Source: an uncultured Algoriphagus sp. (GTDB taxonomy: Bacteria > Bacteroidota > Bacteroidia > Cytophagales > Cyclobacteriaceae). From it: 64,000 nt of DNA. Of this stretch, positions 9,484 through 17,409 are shown one piece after another. The stretch lies in NCBI GenBank assembly GCA_965651895.1, contig CBFGUY010000002.1, forward strand, positions 2,411 to 66,410, given 5' to 3'. Position 1 is the first letter of the stretch. Every line of letters starts with the position of its first letter. The notes under the pieces are model-generated. The model made no database searches and was not told where the DNA came from. It saw only the letters and a program-made list of their open reading frames with translations. The position numbers and the translations under genes are program-made.

Positions 9484-12400
9484 ATGCCTGAATCAATCTT
9501 TCAGACTTACCGGAATCGATTGGTAGACCTGTCTTCCAAAAACAGGTCACTTTATTTGCCAAAAACTGAGGGGTTTGGGGTTGTCGATCTGAAAGAATTA
9601 GATTTTTTGAATGGAGAAAACAGCTTTGAGATTATAAAAAAGGCTATTTCCCCAAAGAAAACATTTCCTTTAATTCCGGAATCAGACCCCCGGATTGCCG
9701 GTATTAATGCGACGTCAAAGATATTTTCCAGACTTTCTTTTCGGGATCAGCTGACTAGGGAAGAAACCGGAGAGCGATCCCTATTCCTAGGGTGGCCATT
9801 TGTGGAGGGGAAGTTAATCAACGGGCATGTTCTTCGAGCGCCATTGTTGCTCATGAGTGTTGCTCTTCGGATTGAGCATGGGCAATGGACTCTTTCAAAA
9901 CTAGATGAGTGGCAATGGAATCCGGCTTTTCTTTTGGCTTACAGCCACGCCTATGGGAAGGTTTTGGATGTGGATTTTTTGAATCAGTCCTTGCAGGAGC
10001 TGCCGACTGATGCCACAGCGTTCAGAACCGGATTTTCCAAGATTCTCAATGATAATTTCTTCATTCAGCTCAGCTCATCGCTGTTTGAAGATCGGTTGAT
10101 ACCCTTTCCTGTTTCTCAGGTGAGCATGGATTCCGGTAAATTTCAAGATGGAAAACTGGCGTTGAAAAGTTATGCGCTTTTAGGCCTTTTTGCCCAAAAA
10201 GGCAATTATCTGTTTGCGGACTATGAAAAGCTGGAAATGGAATCTGCTGAAATGAATTTGGAGGAATTATTCACTAAACGTTTTGTGGCTGATGAAAACC
10301 AGCCCTTACCGAGAGAGGAACAGCTTTTTCCTGTTTTTCCGCTGGATGCTTCCCAAGAAAATGTCTTGACGAAAGTCCGGCAGGGGAGAAGTTTGGTGGT
10401 AGAGGGACCTCCGGGAACGGGCAAGTCCCAATTGATCGCAAATTTAGTTTCTGACTATTGCTCAAGGGGCAAAAAAGTGCTGGTTGTATCTCAAAAGAGA
10501 GCTGCGTTGGATGTGGTTTTTGAGCGGCTGGGACTGGCTGGTTTTGGTGATTTCCTAGCTTTGGTGCATGATTTTCGGGCAGATCAAAAAAATCTTTTTC
10601 ATAAAATAAAAGCTCAAATCGAAGCTGTAGACTCTTATCAGGAGCAAAATAGGGGGATTGATTCCATTCAGTTGGAGCGCGAAATTTCTCAATATTCCAA
10701 GGCGATTTCCAGACTTTCAGAGAAGTTTGAAAGCTTTCGGATTGCGCTTTTTGATGCTGAATTGGCTGGAATTCCCATAAAGGCCATGTACCTGAATGCG
10801 GATTTGAAAAAGCCGTTTTTTGGACATTGCGATTTGATTAAGCTGGATTATCAGAAAGCACAGGAATTTGATAAAGCCTATAAAATTTACCATTCCTACC
10901 AGTTGCAGTTCAGAGGTTCCTTCTGGGAAAAGAGAGTCTCATTCGCCCATTTTGAGCCGGTGGTTTTTCCGAGAATTGTCCAGAGTTTAAAGGAAGTTGA
11001 GACTTTTAGAGTAAAATGGACAGCTGAAAATTCTGATGTTCACTTCGAAGAGCTAGCTGGTCAGATTTTGGCAACTGCTGGTTTTTTAGACTCCTTAAAA
11101 GCGGTCGTTGAGAAATTGAATCGATTGGAGATTCCTGAATTAGCCATTACAGCGATTTATGATCCGAAGGCTAGCTTGGCGCTGAAGAAAGTCTATAATT
11201 GGATTTTATCCTCAATCGAAAAGCTCCAGGAGCTTACGTTTGGGCTATCGGCCAATCCCGAAAAACTTTCCGGTCTGGAACAGGAGCTTGATTTATTGGA
11301 AGCAAAAACAAGGTCATGGCTGGGGAGAATCCGGGTGCAATTGAATAAGAGCAAATTCCCGTTGACTTTTGAAATTCTGGGTAAGTCGAATCTGAAGCTA
11401 AATTCAAATTCTATATCAGGTATTCGTGTTGAGCTTGAGATTCTCAAAGCGTTAAGTGCCGAACTTCTAGCTCTTCCAAAAATGGAAAGAATAGATCTCG
11501 ACGGGCTTTCTGCTGAGAGGTTGGGGAGCCGGCTGGAATTATTATCCCCAATTCTTGATTGGGTTGATTTGTGGGAGAGTTCGCAAGAGCTGCATTCACT
11601 GGCTTCCCCCTCAGCAGACGGTTTTAAAGCCCAACTTGACAAGGTGCGTAAGTTTTCGGAGTCATTTCATAATTCATCGGTCAATTGGAAAGCCTATCTG
11701 AGTGATGGGCAGATTTTGCATGTTTTCAACAATGGGCTTGTTACGGTTGGCCCGGAATTGGACTTGAATCGGATTTTTTCTGAGCTTGTAGCTTTTGATA
11801 GATTTTTAGAAAATTCTTCTCCGATTACGGCTTTGCTTGCCGAAAAACTGGAAAAGGACTACCCTGCACTGAGTTTATCTGATCAGCTGTCAGTATATTG
11901 GAATTCATGGTATTTGGCTTGGATAACCCATTTGGAAGCCAAAAATCCCGTTTTGGCAGAAGCCGGGAGTCTCGCGATGCAACATGAATTGGGAGAATTG
12001 AAGGAGGCTATTCTTGAAAAAAGAAAGATAGCCAGACATATTGCTTTGCTTAGACTTCGGGAGCAGATCACAAGTGAACTGGAATTTAACCGTCTGGGAA
12101 ATCGACTGACTTATCGGGATTTGCTTCATCAGGTAAGTAAAAAGAGGCAGCGTTGGCCTGTTAGGGGATTGCTGGAAGAAATGGGGGAAGAGATTTTTCG
12201 CTTATTGCCCTGCTGGTTTGCCAGTCCTGAGACGGTTTCTGCCTTGTTTTCATTGGAGCAGAACTTCGACTTGGTGATTTTTGATGAAGCGTCTCAATGT
12301 CAAGTTGAGCGGGGCTTGCCTGCTATGCTAAGGGGTAGGCAGGTGGTAATCGCGGGCGATTCCAAGCAGCTGAGGCCTTCAGATTTTTATCAGGTAAAAT

Positions 12401-13368
12401 GGGACTCCGGTGAAGAGGGATTGGAGTATGAAGCCGAATCCCTTCTGGAATTGGCAGGTGATTTTTTTGAAAAGCATCAGTTGAAAGGCCATTACCGCTC
12501 GACTGATCCGGCTTTGATACATTTTTCCAATGTACATTTCTATGAAAATCAGCTGGAGGCTTTGCCTGATTATGCTACGGCTATGGCCGGAAAGCCTGCA
12601 TTTGCCTGGGACAAGGTTGAGGGGACTTGGATTAATCAGGTAAATAAAATGGAAGCTGATGCAGTTGTTTTGAAAGTGGAAGCTATTCGTCATTCATCAC
12701 CTTCGGATAGCATTGGGATTGTGACCGGGAATTATTTTCAGATGGAATTGATTCGGGAGAAACTCTGGAAAGCAGGTTTTATAGATGCGGGAATCAAAGT
12801 ACGAAACATTGAAAATGTGCAGGGAGATGAGTTTGATCAGGTGATTTTGTCCTTGGGGTACGCACCCAATCCCGATGGGAAATTGATCACTAATTTCGGG
12901 TTGCTCGGAAAGGCAGGGGCTGAAAATAGGCTAAATGTGGCCATCACCCGGTCCCGAAAGAAAATGCATGTGATTTCAAGTATCGAACCGGTTGATTTCC
13001 GTCCTAGACAGCTTAAAAACCCGGGTTTAGCCTTGCTGCAAGAATTTCTCTCCTTTGTCCAAGAGCAAAGTAGAAAACCATCAATTCCTGCACCTGAAGC
13101 GAAAATGAGAGGTTATGAGACTGATTGGAATCTTAAAGCCAGATTACAACAGTCTGATGGCTCATATTCAAAAGATATTCCTTCCACAGTAATGGATCTG
13201 CTTTTTACAACCTTAACTGGTGAACAGAAAGCCATTTTGACAGATGATCAGCGTTTTTTTAGTGCTCCTACCGCAAAAGCCGCAATAGCCTATCATCCTA
13301 TCTTGCTTGAGCAAAAAGGATGGAAGTGGGAATGGAAATGGAGTAGGGGGCAAATGAACTCAGGATAA
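9484..13368 (+). CDS. DUF4011-domain superfamily 1 (UPF1/DNA2-like) helicase with a degenerate C-terminal restriction-endonuclease-like domain
   Basis: N-terminal RNRLVDLSSKNRSLY (DUF4011-like); Walker A GPPGTGKS; DEASQ, GDSKQL, HYRS, ENVQGDE, RLNVAITRS helicase motifs. Confidence 0.85.
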   Translation: MPESIFQTYRNRLVDLSSKNRSLYLPKTEGFGVVDLKELDFLNGENSFEIIKKAISPKKTFPLIPESDPRIAGINATSKIFSRLSFRDQLTREETGERSLFLGWPFVEGKLINGHVLRAPLLLMSVALRIEHGQWTLSKLDEWQWNPAFLLAYSHAYGKVLDVDFLNQSLQELPTDATAFRTGFSKILNDNFFIQLSSSLFEDRLIPFPVSQVSMDSGKFQDGKLALKSYALLGLFAQKGNYLFADYEKLEMESAEMNLEELFTKRFVADENQPLPREEQLFPVFPLDASQENVLTKVRQGRSLVVEGPPGTGKSQLIANLVSDYCSRGKKVLVVSQKRAALDVVFERLGLAGFGDFLALVHDFRADQKNLFHKIKAQIEAVDSYQEQNRGIDSIQLEREISQYSKAISRLSEKFESFRIALFDAELAGIPIKAMYLNADLKKPFFGHCDLIKLDYQKAQEFDKAYKIYHSYQLQFRGSFWEKRVSFAHFEPVVFPRIVQSLKEVETFRVKWTAENSDVHFEELAGQILATAGFLDSLKAVVEKLNRLEIPELAITAIYDPKASLALKKVYNWILSSIEKLQELTFGLSANPEKLSGLEQELDLLEAKTRSWLGRIRVQLNKSKFPLTFEILGKSNLKLNSNSISGIRVELEILKALSAELLALPKMERIDLDGLSAERLGSRLELLSPILDWVDLWESSQELHSLASPSADGFKAQLDKVRKFSESFHNSSVNWKAYLSDGQILHVFNNGLVTVGPELDLNRIFSELVAFDRFLENSSPITALLAEKLEKDYPALSLSDQLSVYWNSWYLAWITHLEAKNPVLAEAGSLAMQHELGELKEAILEKRKIARHIALLRLREQITSELEFNRLGNRLTYRDLLHQVSKKRQRWPVRGLLEEMGEEIFRLLPCWFASPETVSALFSLEQNFDLVIFDEASQCQVERGLPAMLRGRQVVIAGDSKQLRPSDFYQVKWDSGEEGLEYEAESLLELAGDFFEKHQLKGHYRSTDPALIHFSNVHFYENQLEALPDYATAMAGKPAFAWDKVEGTWINQVNKMEADAVVLKVEAIRHSSPSDSIGIVTGNYFQMELIREKLWKAGFIDAGIKVRNIENVQGDEFDQVILSLGYAPNPDGKLITNFGLLGKAGAENRLNVAITRSRKKMHVISSIEPVDFRPRQLKNPGLALLQEFLSFVQEQSRKPSIPAPEAKMRGYETDWNLKARLQQSDGSYSKDIPSTVMDLLFTTLTGEQKAILTDDQRFFSAPTAKAAIAYHPILLEQKGWKWEWKWSRGQMNSG

Positions 13369-13399
13369 AGGTTTAATCAAATTATTGTTTCTTAAAATT

Positions 13400-13538
13400 T
13401 GAATGACTTATCATTCATTAATTGTATTTTAACTAGTTAATGAGTGATTTATCATTCATTTTATAGAAAATTACATTTATGTATGAAATATCATTCATAA
13501 AGTAGTATATTTGTAATTAATGAATGATATTTAAGTCA
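13400..13538. promoter_or_regulatory. Four palindromic operator-like sites TGAATGA-N4-TCATTCA upstream of hipB
   Basis: 13400 TGAATGActtaTCATTCA; 13441 TGAGTGAtttaTCATTCA; 13480 TGTATGAaataTCATTCA; 13521 TGAATGAtattTAAGTCA. A TATATTTG -7 box lies at 13506-13513. Confidence 0.75.
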
Positions 13539-13553
13539 TTAAATCCCCTTCCC

Positions 13554-13889
13554 ATGGATTACAATCAATTAAGTGATGTGGCAATTCTCAATAAGCTGGG
13601 GCGCTTTGTGAAGCATCACCGCATGGATCAGAATAAGTCCCAGGAGCAGCTGTCTGTCGCCGCAGGAATCAGTAGGTCTACGCTGAGTCTTCTGGAGCGG
13701 GGAGAGAAAGTCAACCTGATCACCTTAATACAGGTGTTGCGGGTGTTGGATAAGCTACAATGGCTTGAGTCCTTTGAGGTGAAGAAGACAGTCAGTCCGA
13801 TGGATTATGTCAAGCTTCAAAAGAAGCACGAAAAGCAAAGGATTCGTAATTCAGACATGGCAGCGGAAAATCCTCCTTTGGAATGGTAG
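13554..13889 (+). CDS. XRE/HTH transcriptional regulator, HipB-like antitoxin
   Basis: HTH_3 pattern (SQEQLSVAAGISRSTLSLLERGE); overlaps the hipA start. ATG at 13554 preferred over 13524. Confidence 0.85.
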   Translation: MDYNQLSDVAILNKLGRFVKHHRMDQNKSQEQLSVAAGISRSTLSLLERGEKVNLITLIQVLRVLDKLQWLESFEVKKTVSPMDYVKLQKKHEKQRIRNSDMAAENPPLEW

Positions 13890-15184
13890 TCGCGGCGGAA
13901 ATCTGGATTTGGGAAAAGCTGGCAGGAGCGGTGCTGTGGGATGAGGCGGAGCAGCTGGGAAGTTTTGAATTCAATTCCGGTTATCTCAGTTCTGGGCTGG
14001 ATATCTCTCCTTTGAAAATGCCGCTGGCCAAAGGCGATAGAATCTATAAGTTTCCTGAACTCCGGAAATCCCGAGGCGATGTCTATGATACGTTTAAGGG
14101 GCTTCCCGGTTTGCTGGCAGATATGCTTCCTGATAAATACGGGAATCAACTCATCAACACCTGGCTCACCCAAAATGGAAGAGTGGCGGATAGCCTAAAT
14201 CCTGTAGAGCAACTCTGTTTTATCGGCAAGAGAGGGGTGGGTGCTTTAGAGATCAGGCCTTCATTTCGTGAGGAATCGATCACTTCGCGTTCATTGGAAA
14301 TTGACAGCTTAGTCAATATTGCAGGGAAAATTCTCAATTCACGTGAGGGTTTCCAATCCGATCTAAGTGTGGATGAGCAATCTGCCTTATCGGATATTCT
14401 CAAGATCGGCACTTCGGCAGGTGGAGCCCGCGCCAAAGCGGTGATCGCCTTTAATCCCAAAACCGGCAAAGTAAAAAGTGGTCAGGTGAAAGCCCCAAAG
14501 GGTTTTTCGTATTGGATTATCAAATTTGACGGGGTTCATGATTCCCAGTTTGGAGTGACGGTGGGTTATGGGAGAGTAGAAATGGCCTATTACCTGATGG
14601 CTGTGGAGGCGGGAATAGAGATGAATGAATGTCGGCTTCTGGAGGAAAATGGAAGGGCTCATTTTATGACCAGGCGGTTTGACCGAACTGATAATGGTCA
14701 AAAAATCCACATGCAAAGCCTTTGTGGTTTGCGGCATTTTGATTTCAATCAGGTGGGTTATTATAGTTACGAGCAGGTTTTTGAGACCATGCGGATGTTG
14801 AGGCTTTCTTATCCTGAGGCAGAGCAGATGTTTATTCGTATGGTGTTTAATGTACTGGCAAGAAACTGCGACGATCACACGAAGAACTTCGCTTTTTTGA
14901 TGGATAAAGACGGAAAATGGAAGCTTTCGCCGGCTTATGATATTTGCTATGCTTATAGACCCGGAAGTATGTGGGTGAGTGCCCAGTCCTTAATGGTCAA
15001 TGGTAAAAGAGAGGGGATTCAGAATCCTGATTTTTTGGAAGTTGCCCGTAAAATGAATATTAAGAAGCCTGAAGAGAAGATAAAAGCTGTTGTAACAGCG
15101 ATCAAAAAATGGAAAGACTTTGCAGAGGAAGCAAAAGTGGATTCGCAATTGCGGGATAGTATCGCTTCTACGCTTTTGGTGTGA
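13883..15184 (+). CDS. hipA: HipA family Ser/Thr kinase toxin with N-terminal Couple_hipA-like domain
   Basis: GTSAGGARAK P-loop, NCDDHTKN catalytic motif, LSPAYD. Confidence 0.9.
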   Translation: MVVAAEIWIWEKLAGAVLWDEAEQLGSFEFNSGYLSSGLDISPLKMPLAKGDRIYKFPELRKSRGDVYDTFKGLPGLLADMLPDKYGNQLINTWLTQNGRVADSLNPVEQLCFIGKRGVGALEIRPSFREESITSRSLEIDSLVNIAGKILNSREGFQSDLSVDEQSALSDILKIGTSAGGARAKAVIAFNPKTGKVKSGQVKAPKGFSYWIIKFDGVHDSQFGVTVGYGRVEMAYYLMAVEAGIEMNECRLLEENGRAHFMTRRFDRTDNGQKIHMQSLCGLRHFDFNQVGYYSYEQVFETMRMLRLSYPEAEQMFIRMVFNVLARNCDDHTKNFAFLMDKDGKWKLSPAYDICYAYRPGSMWVSAQSLMVNGKREGIQNPDFLEVARKMNIKKPEEKIKAVVTAIKKWKDFAEEAKVDSQLRDSIASTLLV

Positions 15185-15192
15185 TATGAAAC

Positions 15193-15435
15193 TTACAGTC
15201 TGGCCATCCACCGGGTTAGCTGGACTTCGTGGACTAGATAGTATTCTTCGTCTTTGATGACTAATTCTAGTTTTTCCAATGCTTTCAGTGCGGTTCTGAC
15301 TGTGCTTGCATAAAGCACTACATTTCTTTCATTTTTAATATGTGAAACAAGTGTTTTTAAGTCATTTTCCCGATCATAGAAATAGTCTTTTCCTTGATAG
15401 GTGTTGATTACGAATGGATTAAAAGGGGCCTTCAT
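15193..15435 (-). pseudogene. In-frame internally deleted AAA/ATP-binding protein (N-terminus joined to winged-helix C-terminus)
   Basis: NPFVINTYQGKDYFYDRENDL...RNVVLY is the pre-Walker A segment of prokaryotic ATPase_2-like proteins. It is joined directly to ASTVRTALKALEKLELV...YLVHEVQLTRW, a C-terminal wHTH-like segment. No P-loop is present. Confidence 0.7.
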
Positions 15436-15451
15436 GATTTCCTGTGCTGAA

Positions 15452-15498
15452 ATGACGTACTTTACGTTACGTAAACTACGTCACGTAAAGTGCGTCAT
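15452..15498. repeat. 47-bp ACGT-rich nested palindrome
   Basis: ATGACGTACTTTACGT (15452-15467) pairs with ACGTAAAGTGCGTCAT (15483-15498) with 1 mismatch; internal TTTACGT-T-ACGTAAA at 15461-15475; five ACGT tetramers. Confidence 0.85.
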
Positions 15499-15540
15499 AA
15501 ATATTCAGGTCATCAAATGAGCCTTAATTAAAATCGCCTT

Positions 15541-16425
15541 TTAAAATCCAAGGGGATTGTCGGGGGAATTGGGGATTTTTAGAGAAAGGTTAAGCTCATT
15601 GTTTAGCATTTTGATGAAATGCTCTGCAAGTAAAGGCGATTCCTTTTCCACATTCTGATGGATAAAGAAATAGAGCTTTTGCAGGCCTTGGGATCTCCAC
15701 GACTTGATTCTCTCCACCCAGTCTTCAAGTCGCGTATAATCGCTCGTATGATTGGCACCTACGTATCGGACGAACGCAGCATTATTGGAAAGCCGCATAT
15801 GCAGCATGTCTCTGCGTGCAGCCGCATCCACGATGATATTGGTGATATCATTATTCTTTAAAATTTGATAGTATGCATCAAAGACTTCGCCTTTAAACCA
15901 GTCTTCATTGCGAACCTCGATTGCCAGCGGAACTCCTTTGGGGAAGTCTTGGGCAAAGCCTTCTACCCGGTCTATAAACTTCGGTTTGAAATTGTCAATC
16001 ATCTGTAGAAATACCATGCCCAGCTTTTCTTCAAACATGCTTACAGCATCAGCAAATTCATCAGTCAGATTCTTTACATCATTAAGCCTGCGGTAGTGGC
16101 TGACCGACTGGGGGATTTTAGGGAAAAACTTAAAGTCTTCCGGGGTTTTCTCTTTCCATTGCACAACCTGATTTTTGTCGGGTGAGTTGTAAAAAGTCGC
16201 ATTGAGCTCAATGGAATTAAACTGCCTTGAGTAATAAGTCAGCTCATCTTTGGTGCCCCGGGGATAGAAGCCTTTGAGATCTGCTTTGTTCCACTTGGCA
16301 CAGCCCACATACACTTCAAAAGGGGCGTCACTTTTATATTTCTTGAGTGTCTCAGCCGTATCAGGGTGATCAGGCGGAAGAGCGAAGTCAATTTTCTCAG
16401 GATGATCTGTGCTGCCAAATTTCAT
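15541..16425 (-). CDS. DUF72 (YecE-like) protein
   Basis: YYSRQFNSIELNATFY, FKFFPKIPQSVSH, AIEVRNEDW. Confidence 0.88.
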   Translation of the reverse strand: MKFGSTDHPEKIDFALPPDHPDTAETLKKYKSDAPFEVYVGCAKWNKADLKGFYPRGTKDELTYYSRQFNSIELNATFYNSPDKNQVVQWKEKTPEDFKFFPKIPQSVSHYRRLNDVKNLTDEFADAVSMFEEKLGMVFLQMIDNFKPKFIDRVEGFAQDFPKGVPLAIEVRNEDWFKGEVFDAYYQILKNNDITNIIVDAAARRDMLHMRLSNNAAFVRYVGANHTSDYTRLEDWVERIKSWRSQGLQKLYFFIHQNVEKESPLLAEHFIKMLNNELNLSLKIPNSPDNPLGF

Positions 16426-16451
16426 AGTGTATGTTTATTAATAATCAGAAC

Positions 16452-17222
16452 TCAAATATACCCAACTAGCTTATACACCAAAATCCCAATCCACTCCTTT
16501 GACAGTTTGTGCCAGTTTTCGATTGATGAAGGGTTAGGATATAAAAATGCGGGAAGGTCGTATTTTGTGTCATGACTGTAGTAGTCTGTGGGGAACGTTT
16601 GGGTTTTTAAACCCGCCTTATCAAAGCAGCCTTTCGCTCTATACATGTGAAAAGCGGAAGTGATCAGCAAAAATTCCTGGTTTGTATCAATTCCTTTTGC
16701 GTCTAAAAGCTCCTTCGTAAACGATGCGTTTTGAGCAGTATTTTTCGATTGATCCTCGATCATGATGTCCTCGGCGGGCACTCCTGTCATCAAAAGAAAA
16801 CGCTCCAAAAGCTCAGCTTCCGATTGCGGATTTACAGGATTTAGTCCCTGACCGCCTGTGATAAGGATTTTTTTGATTTTCCCCATCCGGTAAAGCTGCA
16901 ATGCATGTGTGATCCGGTCAGCACCTCTATTAAAGAACGTACGGTCATATGCTGTTTTGCTGAGGTTAGTAACCCCGGTCAGCACAATTCCATATTCGTG
17001 GTTTTTGATTTCATTGAACTCTTTAAAATCAGGTTCCCAAGCCAACATTACTTGATTTGAGATAAACTGATTTGAGAAAAACCAGAGTAATATCAATCCG
17101 GTCCAGAGACATCTTTTGCCCAATTTTCTCTTTAAATACATCAGTCCGATTACCCATAACAGGAATATAATAGTTAGTGGCATTGCCAAAAAGCTCAGGA
17201 ATTGGGATAGGTAGAAAAACAT
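16452..17222 (-). CDS. YdcF/ElyC family (DUF218) membrane protein
   Basis: N-terminal TM segments; ILITGG, EDQSKNTAQNA, LITSAFHMYRA, KEWIG. Confidence 0.88.
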   Translation of the reverse strand: MFFYLSQFLSFLAMPLTIIFLLWVIGLMYLKRKLGKRCLWTGLILLWFFSNQFISNQVMLAWEPDFKEFNEIKNHEYGIVLTGVTNLSKTAYDRTFFNRGADRITHALQLYRMGKIKKILITGGQGLNPVNPQSEAELLERFLLMTGVPAEDIMIEDQSKNTAQNASFTKELLDAKGIDTNQEFLLITSAFHMYRAKGCFDKAGLKTQTFPTDYYSHDTKYDLPAFLYPNPSSIENWHKLSKEWIGILVYKLVGYI

Positions 17223-17256
17223 GAAGGTGATTTGGTGTTTGCTGTAAAGTAAGTAG

Positions 17257-17361
17257 GGAAATGATCAATTCTCAATTTTCAATGATCAAATTTAATGCTC
17301 AGCAATCAAGTAGGTTATGCCTTGAAAATTGAGAATTGAATTTTGTCTAATGATCATTTCC
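17257..17361. repeat. Intergenic inverted-repeat element (REP/MITE-like)
   Basis: Perfect 18-bp IR TCAATTCTCAATTTTCAA (17265-17282) / TTGAAAATTGAGAATTGA (17322-17339), plus an outer 11-bp IR GGAAATGATCA (17257-17267) / TGATCATTTCC (17351-17361). Confidence 0.75.
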
Positions 17362-17409
17362 AAATTCTTTTGCTTTACTTTTCTTTAAATCCACCACATC
17401 AGCTTATTT

